Assembly: GCF_000142905.1 (NCBI RefSeq)
Contig: NW_013657632.1
Location: 186,001 to 250,000 of the forward strand
DNA from: Thecamonas trahens ATCC 50062
Taxonomy: Eukaryota; Protista; Apusomonadida
DNA length: 64,000 nucleotides
Direction of reading: 5' to 3'
In this document: one piece after another, positions 53,688 through 64,000 of the stretch
Numbering within the stretch: position 1 is the stretch's first letter
Layout of the letters: each line of letters opens with the position of its first letter
Notes under the pieces: generated by a model
The model's database searches: none
Seen by the model: only the letters and a program-made list of their open reading frames with translations
Told to the model about the DNA's origin: nothing
Translations under genes and position numbers: made by a program

Positions 53688-54524
53688 GGGTATGGGGTTA
53701 GGGTTGGGGAAAGAGCACGGGGGAGGTAGGTAGGAACGGGGTGGGTCTGTGGTTGGTGATCTCGGGAGAGAGACAGCACTTGGCCTTGGCTTTGGCCGTG
53801 GTGGTGGTCTCGGGGTCTGCCCGTAATGGGGGAGCGGCTGTGGTGTGGCCTGTCGGCTGACCCGCTTTGATGGCGGCTGGCGCCACCCCCCCCCCCCCCC
53901 ACCCCCACCCTTTTCGGACGATCAACCGATTCCACCACACACCTCATCATCCACCATCACCGATTGCAGCATCCTGGATGGGTCTGCTCTTAGGTCGCGG
54001 ATGTGTCGTCAGGTCACTTATTGGGCATGTCTGATCGCTTCGTTCCAGACCCCACCCTCCGTGAGCTCGCCCGATCAGCCCACCTTCATCACCACCTAGC
54101 TCCCACCCACCACCAGCTACGCAATCCACGACCACACTCACGGCCATCACACGCCCCACACTAGCCCCATTTCCAGTATCGCCATCACCCATACCCATCG
54201 GCCCCGGCTCACTTTGGCCATGACTTCCCCTCCCCTCCCCTCTCCCCCCCCCTCCCCCCCCCTCCCCCCCGGCAGATTACACCATGGTGATGACCATCAT
54301 CACCCGCACCCCTCAGTAGTGGGCGGGCATGTATGACGATGGCCACCACCGCGCCCCCAAACCAATTGGGATGTCTGATCACTTCGTTCCAGACGAAGGT
54401 CTCTCCCAGGTCTTTGACCAGCACGCAAAGACGCTTGTGCGATGGTCACGTGCAGGACGAGACAGGAGGAGGCTGTGGCAGAGGGGATCACCTCTCCCCC
54501 AGCCAACAACCGCACTGCACAAAC

Positions 54525-55625
54525 ATGTGCCAGTGCACGCCGGCAGTCAAGGACGGACGACGATACGTAGAGTGGATGGGAGTGGTGTTCCGGGCATGCG
54601 CGTACAGCCCGCTGGAGCAGGCGGCGTTGCTACTCGGCATGGCCAACATCCTCATCTGGCTCTACGCACAGGCGCCACAGCTGTATCGCAACTATCGCAA
54701 TGGTGGTGTTGAGGCTCTCTCCTTCAAGTTCCTCGCCGCATGGGTCCTCGGTGATGTGGCCAATCTTGTCGGCTGCATCTACACACATCAGCTGCCGATG
54801 CAGCTCTACACCGCCATCTACTTTTGCGCCATGGACACCCTCATGATCTCCCAGTATGCCTACTACCGCATCCGCGCGTACAACAAGGACAAGGCCGAGC
54901 GTGATCAGGATGCTCTCGAGTCGCGCTCGCTCATCCAGGACTCGCCGGCCTTCAATCCCTACTCGTCGTCGTCTCATGCCGCATCGGTGGCCGTCATGGC
55001 ACTCGTCCTCGGTCTCACTATTTCCACCGGTGCTCTCCTCCCTGCCGCTGCTCTGCCTGCGACGTCAGATCTAAGCTCGGCTCTAGAGCCCGCAGACATG
55101 GTGCCCGGCCGCATCCTGCTCGCTGCCGCCGCGCCTACCAACGCCACCGCCCCCGTGGGCAAGTCTTGCCTCATCGCATCCAGCGGGAGCCACATCCAGT
55201 ACATCATCGGCATTGTCGTTGCGTGGATCTCGGGCCTGCTCTACTTTTATGCTCGCATCCCACAGATCTTGCTCAACGCCAAGCGCAAGCGGACCGAGGG
55301 CCTTTCCACCATCATGTTTGTCTCGACGTTTTCAGCGAACACCTGCTACGCGCTCTCGGTCCTGCTCACCGGCCCGGACTTTAAGTCGTCGCACTTTTGG
55401 GCCGCCACCTCGTCGTTTCTCGTCGGCACCATCGGCGTCCTTTTCGAGTCGTCCATCATTCTCTTCCAGATGTGGATCTACCGCAACAACAATGCTGAGC
55501 TCTTCGAGTCCATCAACTCGGTTTCAGACACGTCATCTGTCGCTGGTGCCATCTCCTACAAGGGCCGCCTCTACTCATCGGCTAACCCTTGGCCGTACTC
55601 TGGCCACATGTTCAAGTCTGTGTGA
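54525..55625 (+). CDS. PQ-loop lysosomal/vacuolar cationic amino-acid transporter (PQLC2/Ypq-like)
   Basis: Two PQ loops (AQAPQLYRNYR, ARIPQILLN..RKRTEGLS) and WVLGDVANLVG. Start is uncertain (54333 or 54525). Confidence 0.85.
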   Translation: MCQCTPAVKDGRRYVEWMGVVFRACAYSPLEQAALLLGMANILIWLYAQAPQLYRNYRNGGVEALSFKFLAAWVLGDVANLVGCIYTHQLPMQLYTAIYFCAMDTLMISQYAYYRIRAYNKDKAERDQDALESRSLIQDSPAFNPYSSSSHAASVAVMALVLGLTISTGALLPAAALPATSDLSSALEPADMVPGRILLAAAAPTNATAPVGKSCLIASSGSHIQYIIGIVVAWISGLLYFYARIPQILLNAKRKRTEGLSTIMFVSTFSANTCYALSVLLTGPDFKSSHFWAATSSFLVGTIGVLFESSIILFQMWIYRNNNAELFESINSVSDTSSVAGAISYKGRLYSSANPWPYSGHMFKSV

Positions 55626-55891
55626 TTAAACAGCCTCACCCTTCCCACCTGACCTGCCGCCTTGAGCCGCCCACTCCCTGACCCGGCAGCCCCAGCTCCC
55701 AGCACAGCCCCCACTCCCCACTCCCGCACTCACCACCCCGCCCACAACCCACTTCACCGCACTCCTCCAGTGCCCCCCCCCCCTCCCCCTCTCCCCCTCC
55801 CCCCTTCCCCACATTCCGCCCCCCTCTCCTCCCCCTCCCCCTCCCCCCTCCCCTCTCCCTCGCCCCCCGTTCCCCTCGGCTGATCCACACC

Positions 55892-56935
55892 ATGGCCACG
55901 CCGTCGGCCTCGCCTCAGGCCTCGCCCTTGACCCGCGGAGGAGAGACGATGCGACGACCGGAGCGTGGGACGCCACAGGGCATCTCGTCACGGATCACAA
56001 CAAAGATCCGTGAGTCGCTCAAGGACGGCCGCAGTCTGTCGGTCAAGGCCTCGGTGGACATGGGCGTGGAGACGGTCTCGTCGCTGCGGACAGCGTATCT
56101 GGCGTCGGATCCGTATGTCCTCGGCTCGCTGCGATGCTACCTAATGTTCCTGTGGACGCTCGCTGCGTCGTACGTCATGAACATATGCAACGAGCTCTCG
56201 GATCGGTCGCGGCCGGTGGTACCCGTTCTGGACGATGTCGTCTTCCACATGGTCGACCTCGTTGCGTTTCCCGTCCTCGCCGACTACCTCGTCGGCATCC
56301 ATGTGGCGCTCATGCTGTACATCACAACCTGCTCGTCCATCTCCACCATTGTCTCGCGGAGGTTCTGGACCATCTACGGCTGCGTCAACCTCATCCGCTC
56401 GCTCACCATCACCCTCACGCAGCTGCCGGACCCGTCGCCGCGCTGCGATTTCCACCCCGACTCGGTCGAGCGTGGCAACATCTGGGTCCGCGGCCTGCGC
56501 ATGCTCTTCCCTCTCGGAGTCATTACCTGCGGCGACCTCATTTTCTCGGGCCACTCGTGTGTCATTGTCATGACCTCTCTGTTCTGGATCCGCTACCACC
56601 GGACCATCCAGGTCGGCCCTGTTGCCTACCTCAAGCGCATTGCCTGGCGCCCGTTTGCGCTTGCGCTCAAGTACTGGATTGTTGTCCCGACCACGCTCTC
56701 GCTCTACTACATCGTCTCGACCCGCCTCCACTACTCGGTCGACGTCTTCATTGCTGTTTACGTCACCATTGCTGCGGTCGTCTGCTACGAGCGCTTTGTG
56801 CGGACGCCGCACCTCCGGGCCCGCTCGCGCATCCTGCTTTGGCTCGAGTCGTACGTCGACCTCGACGACCATGTCATCCTCAACCAGTACGCTGTCCGGC
56901 CCAACACTGCGCCGCTGTGGCCGTTCTGGACATGA
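55892..56935 (+). CDS. Sphingomyelin/IPC synthase family protein (PAP2_C)
   Basis: RSLTITLTQLP, CGDLIFSGH, RLHYSVDV catalytic motifs. Confidence 0.9.
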   Translation: MATPSASPQASPLTRGGETMRRPERGTPQGISSRITTKIRESLKDGRSLSVKASVDMGVETVSSLRTAYLASDPYVLGSLRCYLMFLWTLAASYVMNICNELSDRSRPVVPVLDDVVFHMVDLVAFPVLADYLVGIHVALMLYITTCSSISTIVSRRFWTIYGCVNLIRSLTITLTQLPDPSPRCDFHPDSVERGNIWVRGLRMLFPLGVITCGDLIFSGHSCVIVMTSLFWIRYHRTIQVGPVAYLKRIAWRPFALALKYWIVVPTTLSLYYIVSTRLHYSVDVFIAVYVTIAAVVCYERFVRTPHLRARSRILLWLESYVDLDDHVILNQYAVRPNTAPLWPFWT

Positions 56936-56949
56936 GCCTTGCCTCAGCG

Positions 56950-59900
56950 TCACCGCAGCGCAAAGCCCGGCGCCGAGTTGAGCGCAAGGTCGAACGCGTC
57001 GCGCAGCTCGTCTTCGGTCTCGTACGGCGGGAGGAGGAGGATGGAGTAGCAGGTGTGTGCCGATGGCAGCCGCCGCGATGCCTCTGACGTCTCGCCACCG
57101 GCCCGCTGGATGACAAACGGCACCGTGCCGAGCCCGCCGGGCGGCGGCACGTCCGAGCCGGTGACAAACTTGAGCAATTTGCGCTGCCGCTCCGGGCTCA
57201 GAGCCAGGGCGTAGTCCCAGAACCGAGCGACGGGGCCAGACGACGGCGTGTACCCACCAGCGTACCGTGTGTTGCTGCGTAGCGCCTCCATGTCCATCGT
57301 GTCGGAGCCTGAGAGCAGCTCGGCGAGCTCGTCGGCCGAGAGAACGTGCAGAAGCGTCGACGAGCCAAACTTGGACGTGGCGCCAAAGCCGGCCACAAAC
57401 GCCGCAAACGGCTCGGCCACTGCGCCGGCAAGCACCATCTCCACGTACTTGGAGACATAAGTGTCGCGATTGAGCGCCGTCACCGCAATGTCGGCTCCGC
57501 CCGGCAGCAGCTCCACCTCACGCGTGCCCGACGGCGACTCGAGCCGCAGCGTAAAGTTGGCGCAAAAGGTCGACTCGACGTCACCGGCGTAGTCGAGCAG
57601 ACACTGGAGGCCGTGCGCGAGCTGGGCGTCGAGCTCGCTCAGCTCGCGGAGGCCAAACTCGTGGGCCGGCGACGGCTCGCCGCGCAGCTCCGCGAGCAGC
57701 ATCCGCATCATGTGCGGCGGAAAGTGGACGCCGAGCTGTGCACCGGCATACAGTGCCAGGCCCACAAACCGCCCGACCGCCCGGTAGTCGTCCAGCTCGC
57801 GGGTCGGGCACGGATCGATGGTCACGTACCCGGCAGCGTTGACGACAAAGAGGCCGGCGGTGTCAGCAAAGAGCTCGTGCGCCACAGTGGTGAAGAGCTC
57901 GCGGGTGAGGCCGCCGTCGTCGATGCCCTCCTCCTCGGTGAACTGGATGCGGAGCGGGAGGCCCGGGTCAGCGTCGATCTCGTCGCCCATTTCCTTGAGC
58001 AAGTTGATCATGTCGAGCGACATAAAGTCGCGCCGGATCGGGAGGTGCAGCGCCGGTGGCTCGATCACCGGGCTGCCCATCGAGAGCGATGCCAGCGCCG
58101 CCTGCTGCACTGCTGTGTTCTGCCGGTTCTTAAACTCGGAGCGGAGGAGCGCAGTCTTGGACGCCAGCGGCACAATGTACGGCGTCTTGCAAACGTTGAA
58201 CGATGTGGCTCCGAGCCGAGTCGCAGATCGCTTAGCCCCTGTGTACGCCACCGTGTGGTTGGCCAACAGCGAGAGCGCGTCTGGCGATGGCCGTAAGCTT
58301 GCGGCCTCAAAGGCTGAGCTTGGAAGAGCCGCCAGCGCCGACTCGGCCTCTTGCGAGCGAAGCCCGTTGGCCTGCCACAGCACCGCAATCATGGCGAGCA
58401 CCTCATGGACGGCGCGCGGAAGCACAGCTTTGATCGGGCGCGCCGGCGCCTGCCTCTGGGTGTATGGCGAGAGGATGCCGTCAAACGAGGCAATCACAAT
58501 GCGAACAAGCCGCTGGAACGCGCGCTGTGGGTACAGCACCAGCGTTTCGACGTAGCTGTCGAGCAGCTTGGGCGGCAAGCCTGCCACGACCTTGCAGAAC
58601 TGCCCGATCGCATCAAGATACGACGCCGGCGACTCGAGCACAGCCCGCTCGTCAATGGCGAGGCCGACAAGGTGCAGAAACCTCAGCGAGTACGCCGGCG
58701 AGTCCGAGACCAGCGAACGGAGTGAGCGGCAGAGCCGGAGGACGTGGGCGAGGAGCGACATCGGGACCCGCGACGCGACCGGCGCGGTGTTGATGTGTTC
58801 GAAGAACGTTGTCGCCAGATCGAGATCGAGTTCGTGTCTACAGCTTCCCTCTTCCCGCGCCACAAACGACATGTTGAGCGTCGGCGGCGAAGCAAAGGCG
58901 CCGCGGAGCTCCTCCAGAAACTTTCGCTCATATTCGGGCGTCGGCGTCTCGGACGAGAGTTCCGAGAGCGCAGCCCACGAGAGCGCCTGAAAATTGACGC
59001 GGGTGAGGACCGGAAAAGTGAGTGAAGGCTGCTCGTTTGCATCTGCACCGCCGTCGCCTCGGCACGCCACCAGCGTCACATCAGCGGCAAGCGCCATGCC
59101 GTGAACGCGCCACGACGGCGATTCGGGGATAGGACGCGGAGTGAGGATGAACTTGGCAGCGTCTTCCGCTGCTGCGCTGGGCGGGGTAGTGTCATTCCCG
59201 CCAGTGTCGTCCTTGCAGGTCTCCATCGGCACCAGAGTGCCGTCGTCAACGACAGCCTCGTCGAGCAGCAGCTGGCCGTGGGACGTCGAGCCGCAGGCCC
59301 AGACCACGCCAGACTCGGCCTCCATAGCAAAGAGCGCGGAGGGGCCGAGGGCGATCGACGACATAGAAGCAGTAAAGGCGGCGATGGCGACTGGGGCCGG
59401 CGCATCGGCCAGGGAGCCTTGGCCAAGGACGCCGCGGGCGCCGGCGCCCCAGGTAAAGACCCGACCCGAAGCGTCGAGAACGGCCGAGGAATCGCCGGCG
59501 GCGGCGACAGCGACAATGTCGGAGACGCCTTTGACTCGTGACGGGAACTTGGCGGCGCGGCCAAGCGCCGACGTACCAAGGCCAAGCTGTCCGTGACGGT
59601 TGGCGCCCGCGGCCCAGACTGAGCCATCAAAGTCGCGGAGGAGAACATGTGAGGCGCCTGCGGCGATGCCGACGATAGCGATGCCGACTGGGAGCGCAAC
59701 CGAGGCAAACGCCGGCGCATTGTTGGTCGATCCGATGCCGAGCTGGCCGTCTGTGTTGTCACCGGCGGCAAAGACGGTGCCCTCGTCGGTGAGGGCGAGG
59801 GTGAAGTTGGCAGCGGCGATGGCGTCGATGACACGCGGGAGGCGGACGCGCTTCGGCTTGGAGACCGCGCCTGGTGTGGCCTTACCAAGACCGAGCTGGC

Positions 59901-60219
59901 CGACGTCGTTGCGACCCCAGGCAACGAGGCCGCCATCAGCAGTGACAGCGATGTAGTGCTCCGAGCCCAGCGAGACCTTGGCCACCACAAGCGTCTCAAG
60001 GGCAACCATGCGTGTGATGCCATGAGTCATGTCGTCACCCCATTGATATACGGATCCATCTGCAGTAATGCCCACGCCATGGGTCTCACCCAGAGCCAGA
60101 GCCGCCCATTCCTTGCCCTGTGCCGAACCGGATTCACCGGCAGCCTTCGTGAACGGCGTCAGCTGGGCGAACATGTCGTCACCAGCGGCGACGACCCAGC
60201 CCTCATGAGCGAGCGCCAT
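56950..60219 (-). CDS. HERC-type E3 ligase (RCC1 repeats plus HECT)
   Basis: WGRNDVGQLG and GDNTDGQLG repeats; EEGIDDGG, LLKFVTGSD, RLPSAHTC. Confidence 0.93.
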   Translation of the reverse strand: MALAHEGWVVAAGDDMFAQLTPFTKAAGESGSAQGKEWAALALGETHGVGITADGSVYQWGDDMTHGITRMVALETLVVAKVSLGSEHYIAVTADGGLVAWGRNDVGQLGLGKATPGAVSKPKRVRLPRVIDAIAAANFTLALTDEGTVFAAGDNTDGQLGIGSTNNAPAFASVALPVGIAIVGIAAGASHVLLRDFDGSVWAAGANRHGQLGLGTSALGRAAKFPSRVKGVSDIVAVAAAGDSSAVLDASGRVFTWGAGARGVLGQGSLADAPAPVAIAAFTASMSSIALGPSALFAMEAESGVVWACGSTSHGQLLLDEAVVDDGTLVPMETCKDDTGGNDTTPPSAAAEDAAKFILTPRPIPESPSWRVHGMALAADVTLVACRGDGGADANEQPSLTFPVLTRVNFQALSWAALSELSSETPTPEYERKFLEELRGAFASPPTLNMSFVAREEGSCRHELDLDLATTFFEHINTAPVASRVPMSLLAHVLRLCRSLRSLVSDSPAYSLRFLHLVGLAIDERAVLESPASYLDAIGQFCKVVAGLPPKLLDSYVETLVLYPQRAFQRLVRIVIASFDGILSPYTQRQAPARPIKAVLPRAVHEVLAMIAVLWQANGLRSQEAESALAALPSSAFEAASLRPSPDALSLLANHTVAYTGAKRSATRLGATSFNVCKTPYIVPLASKTALLRSEFKNRQNTAVQQAALASLSMGSPVIEPPALHLPIRRDFMSLDMINLLKEMGDEIDADPGLPLRIQFTEEEGIDDGGLTRELFTTVAHELFADTAGLFVVNAAGYVTIDPCPTRELDDYRAVGRFVGLALYAGAQLGVHFPPHMMRMLLAELRGEPSPAHEFGLRELSELDAQLAHGLQCLLDYAGDVESTFCANFTLRLESPSGTREVELLPGGADIAVTALNRDTYVSKYVEMVLAGAVAEPFAAFVAGFGATSKFGSSTLLHVLSADELAELLSGSDTMDMEALRSNTRYAGGYTPSSGPVARFWDYALALSPERQRKLLKFVTGSDVPPPGGLGTVPFVIQRAGGETSEASRRLPSAHTCYSILLLPPYETEDELRDAFDLALNSAPGFALR

Positions 60220-60539
60220 GATGTCTCGCTGATCGATGTTGTCGTCAGCAAGTCGAGTTGTAGGTCGATAACGTGTACACCTATGCCGTGTCCTAGATTG
60301 GGACAGGTCACGATGTCGTTCCCTCGCTTGCCCCTCACAGAACCCTACCCTTGTACTCTGATGCTCTCGCCGTCAAGTATGAGACCCTCTGACACCTTCC
60401 AAACTTGGTTTCGTCCAATGGCTGCCGTGGCTACCGTGGCTGTCGGTCATAGGCAATCTTCATGAAGGGTAATATGGATGCATGATGGCATATTGCCATG
60501 GATGGGCGTGTCTTTTGGTTGTGGTCACTGCCAAGGGTT

Positions 60540-60700
60540 TGTGTGTGTGTGTGTATGTATGTGTGTGTGTGTGTGGTGGTGGGGGGCTGTTTCATGGCGG
60601 TGGTAGTGGTGGTGGTAGTGGTGGTGGTAGTGGTGGTGGTAGTGGTGGTGGTCGTCGGTCATGTCGCCACCATCATGATTCATGATGATTCATGATGAAG
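60540..60700. repeat. Simple-repeat cluster (GT)n, (GGTGGTAGTGGT)n, (CATGATGATT)n
   Basis: Directly visible. Confidence 0.85.
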
Positions 60701-60994
60701 TGCATGGTGCAGCACCATCGGGACGACTAGCCTGAATCCAATGCCATGGCCGCCTCTCCCCTCCCCACTCTTGCTCCTCTTCATAATCCGTACCTACCAT
60801 CGTGCGCCTCCGCCAGGCCTCCCTCCGGCTGTGACCACCCCCTCCCCCCCCCCTCCCCCTCCTACGGTGTGGCTTTCAATTCGGTCAGCAAAGGCAAAAC
60901 AGCCGCAGAATCAAAGGCCAGGGGCCCCTTACCCCTTCTCCTCCCCCCACCACCCGCCACACCTCACCCTCATCCACCCTCACCCCATACACGC

Positions 60995-61139
60995 NNNNNN
61001 NNNNNNNNNNNNNNNNNNNNNNNNNNNNNNNNNNNNNNNNNNNNNNNNNNNNNNNNNNNNNNNNNNNNNNNNNNNNNNNNNNNNNNNNNNNNNNNNNNNN
61101 NNNNNNNNNNNNNNNNNNNNNNNNNNNNNNNNNNNNNNN
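60995..61139. other. Assembly gap
   Basis: Run of N. Confidence 1.
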
Positions 61140-61248
61140 ATTACGTACAGCCCCCCCCAACCGCTGTCATCCCTCCCTCCCCCCCCTCTCTCTCCCTCCA
61201 CTACACCCAACTCAGTCCCTCCCCCCCCCCTCTATCCCTCAAGCATTC

Positions 61249-63381
61249 ATGAGCAGACAGGGGTGGATGCAGCAGTCGCACACAGGGCTCGTGACGGGGG
61301 TCTTTGTCCTTGCCCTGGCCCTGGCAGCCGCGCCAGTCGTCTTCTGGCCGCTCGGTGGCGGGGTGCCCGAGCCGGCTGCCGAGACCCTGCATGGCGTACT
61401 GTACGGCCATGGCCTGCTGACAGTGGGAGAGGTCAATGGCACGGCATCCGGTCCGTATGCGCTGTTGCTGCATACTATGGGCAAGGCGATGTCGGTGCCG
61501 GCGCTGGAGATGGACAAAGCCATGGTGTACGCTGCCGTCCGCGTGGCGCAGATGGTGGTTGTCACCGCCGCACTTGTCGCCGCCGTCTCATCCATCGTTG
61601 TCCTCCCGCTCGCCGGCGTGGTGGTTGTACTGTTTGTCACGGGCGTGGCGTTCAACGATGTCATTCTTGCTGCAATGACGAGCCTTGACGAGGGCGCGCT
61701 GGTGCTGGCGCTGGGCGTGCTGGCGCTTGCCGGCTTTCTTACCTTTGATGTCAAGCTGTACGCGGCGTGCTCGGTCCTCGCTGCGTTGCTCTCACCAGCG
61801 TACACTGTGCTCCTCGCGCTACAGCTGCTGAGCATGTACATTGGCCTCGAGCCGCAGCGGTGGCACAAGATGTGGGCCACGCCGCGGTCGACCTGGCTCT
61901 CGCCGATCTGCTTTGGCGCGTTAATGGTGATCGGCGCCGACACGGTGGCCACCGGCGCAACCGACAAGCTTGCGTGGTTCTCGTGGTATGGCAAGCTTGC
62001 CTTTGGCTACACCGTTCCCGCCGAAGCATTTGTTGACGGCTCGCAGCCGACGATGACCGAGCTACTGTTTTCGGGCAACACGGCGTGCGTCTCTGTCCTG
62101 TTTCTGGCGAGTATCGCGCTCCTCCCGTATTTTGGCCCGCGGTGGTGCATTCCGGTTCCTTACCTGCTCTGGGCAGCTGCACTGAGCAGCTGGCCGAGTT
62201 ATGCGATCGGGCACGCCGCGCTTGTAGTCTTTGTAGCTGTTCTCACCGTTGCCATCAGCGTCACCGACATGCTGTGGAGAGTGGTCCTCTCGCGCAGCAG
62301 CGCAGCGGAGGCCAGCGACGGCGATAGCGAAGGCCAGGGGGTGTTTGGCGCGCCGCCGGCGCGGCGGCCGCCGCAACTGCGCAAGGCCAAGAGCTTCAAG
62401 CGGCGCAAGCCGCGTGCGGCCGGCTCGTCGTCTGCGGGCTCGTTTTGCGGCTCACGCGAGGGCGCTGTCCGGCTCATCCTCGCCGTTGCTGGGCTGGCGT
62501 ATGTCGGCACGCTCCTTGCCGGCGTCCTGCTTTCGACGAGCGCGTCGGCTATGGCGCAGAACGAGTTCTTTGCCACCAAGCTACCGCGTGCGCTAGCGGG
62601 CGCGTCGCGCTCGAGCCGCGGCGACGCGTGCGCTACCAACATCGAGAGCCCTTCGTGGCTCCTACCAGCCACATGCAAGACGCCGGTAGTGATCAGCCTT
62701 GGTGAGCCGCTGTACCCGACGTACTACGCCGAGGTGGTGCGGGCACGGGCGGCCCCGCAGCCGCACATGGCGCGAATGGTGCTGCCGTTTGAGGTAGGAT
62801 CGCAGTACGCCAAACTGTGGACAACCCGCAGTTCCGCGGAGGCGGTGGCGCTACCGGAAGAGCTCGCGTTCGACAGCTTCGACGAGGCTGCGATCGCCGA
62901 GATGATGGCGGAGACGAGCACGAGCGCCGCAGGCGTTGACCCTCAATTTCTCGTCGCGCCGCCGTCGGCACGGATGCGGATCCACACCATGGGCCGCGGC
63001 GCCGCCGGTGGCACCGGACGCGAGGTCGAAGAGGTGGAGCGGGTGTTGCGCCTGGCGTCGCCGCAGCGGGCGGCGGCCGCGCTCCGTGACGTCCAGTTTT
63101 TGGTTCTCCACGACCATGCTGCACCGCGGACAGCAACACCTTCGTTGCGCGAGGCGCTCGCGTACGCCGCGCTCGAGGGCATCAACACGACCGCCATTGT
63201 CGACACAGACGCCGACGCCGTGCCGTCGCTCGAGCTTCTGCGGTGGCACGCTGCGCTCGGCGCCCATCTCACCACACACTATGAGCTGGTGGCACAGGCG
63301 CTTGCAGCGGCGCCGGCCCCGATGGCGAGGAAGGACGAGCCTGGTGTCGTTGCCTCGCAGCTCTGGGTTGCCAAGCAGTAG
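61249..63381 (+). CDS. Unknown polytopic membrane protein with a soluble C-terminal domain (possibly GT-C-like)
   Basis: About 10 hydrophobic helices followed by a globular domain; no diagnostic motif recognised. Confidence 0.65.
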   Translation: MSRQGWMQQSHTGLVTGVFVLALALAAAPVVFWPLGGGVPEPAAETLHGVLYGHGLLTVGEVNGTASGPYALLLHTMGKAMSVPALEMDKAMVYAAVRVAQMVVVTAALVAAVSSIVVLPLAGVVVVLFVTGVAFNDVILAAMTSLDEGALVLALGVLALAGFLTFDVKLYAACSVLAALLSPAYTVLLALQLLSMYIGLEPQRWHKMWATPRSTWLSPICFGALMVIGADTVATGATDKLAWFSWYGKLAFGYTVPAEAFVDGSQPTMTELLFSGNTACVSVLFLASIALLPYFGPRWCIPVPYLLWAAALSSWPSYAIGHAALVVFVAVLTVAISVTDMLWRVVLSRSSAAEASDGDSEGQGVFGAPPARRPPQLRKAKSFKRRKPRAAGSSSAGSFCGSREGAVRLILAVAGLAYVGTLLAGVLLSTSASAMAQNEFFATKLPRALAGASRSSRGDACATNIESPSWLLPATCKTPVVISLGEPLYPTYYAEVVRARAAPQPHMARMVLPFEVGSQYAKLWTTRSSAEAVALPEELAFDSFDEAAIAEMMAETSTSAAGVDPQFLVAPPSARMRIHTMGRGAAGGTGREVEEVERVLRLASPQRAAAALRDVQFLVLHDHAAPRTATPSLREALAYAALEGINTTAIVDTDADAVPSLELLRWHAALGAHLTTHYELVAQALAAAPAPMARKDEPGVVASQLWVAKQ

Positions 63382-63421
63382 TAGCCAGTAACAACCAGCA
63401 ACAACCAGCCGCCACAGTAGA

Positions 63422-64000
63422 TTACTCGCCGCGCCGGCGGAGGTCCGAGGTCGCGGCTGGCGGCGCCGCGGCTGTGGCGCGGATGACGCCATCGGGATGG
63501 ACAGGCGACACACTGGGGAGCTCAACCACGGCCGGAGCAACCGGCGAGCTGTCGTCGCTGGCTGACGAGACGTTGTCAGAGTCTGTCGGCGGGGTGATGA
63601 TCGGGCGCGGTGTCGGCGTCGGCGTCGGCGAGCGTGAGTGGAAGCGGGGTGTGACGGCCACCGGCTGGGCGGTGGAGCGCGAGGCCGGGCGCACAGAGGC
63701 GGCAGGATGGCGAGCCGCCGAGTGGGAGGTCGGCGAGGCGAGGCAGGCAAAGAGGATGAGCTTGAGAACAAAAAGAAAGATAAGCTGGTAGATGACTAGG
63801 GTGGCGACGCCGATGGCGTACGAGGTGTAGAACCAGTGGTACATAAAGTAGCGGAGGCCCGAGAAGCGGGCGACGATGAACAGCTTGGCATCGTAAACCT
63901 GCAGCGGCGCCGAGAGCCCGACAACGGCCGCGACGACCGGCCCGGCGTCGGCGTCGTCGACGTACGCCTCGAGCAGCGGAATGGTCAGCTCCTGGGCCTC
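63422..64000 (-). CDS. BSCL2: Seipin, C-terminal part (5' end outside the window)
   Basis: LQVYDAKLFIVARFSGLRYFMYHW followed by a TM helix matches the seipin end-of-lumen motif. Confidence 0.8.
   Translation of the reverse strand, partial: EAQELTIPLLEAYVDDADAGPVVAAVVGLSAPLQVYDAKLFIVARFSGLRYFMYHWFYTSYAIGVATLVIYQLIFLFVLKLILFACLASPTSHSAARHPAASVRPASRSTAQPVAVTPRFHSRSPTPTPTPRPIITPPTDSDNVSSASDDSSPVAPAVVELPSVSPVHPDGVIRATAAAPPAATSDLRRRGE

Noticed and set aside
5637-55625. Functional cluster of endolysosomal genes (Rab7, POT, HPS4, PQ-loop)
   Set aside because: The genes are scattered among unrelated ones, consistent with chance.

Overview
GC-rich, gene-dense, intron-poor eukaryotic DNA. The style (GTAYGY donors, G/C homopolymer spacers, opisthokont-like gene set) suggests a unicellular relative of animals such as the apusomonad Thecamonas; this is inference only. 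About 27 host genes were recognised by eye: WW-IQ-BAG, Exo70, Rab7, MDH1, GCKR-like, a cNMP-binding K+ channel, a POT transporter, Nup205, RPL32, a sushi/multi-TM receptor-like protein, HPS4, CEP70-like, LicD, SPFH, dihydropyrimidinase, Pus3, NEK, PQ-loop, SMS-like, HERC and seipin, among others. Main points: (1) RPL32 hosts two identical box C/D snoRNA copies, predicted to guide SSU Am619/Am668 and possibly an LSU A-loop-proximal Gm. One lies in a coding intron and one in a predicted 3'UTR intron only 45 nt after the stop. (2) A complete two-ORF PIF/Harbinger transposon has TIRs and a TCA TSD. (3) A decayed piggyBac sits in the TTAA that forms the GCKR stop. (4) A tandem duplication doubles the ATG-only first exon of dihydropyrimidinase, followed by a predicted 24-nt microexon. 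(5) Predicted introns show a recurrent ACTCAC branch motif. (6) Four genes have same-direction frame breaks at homopolymers, probably assembly errors. All calls come from motif recognition without database searches.
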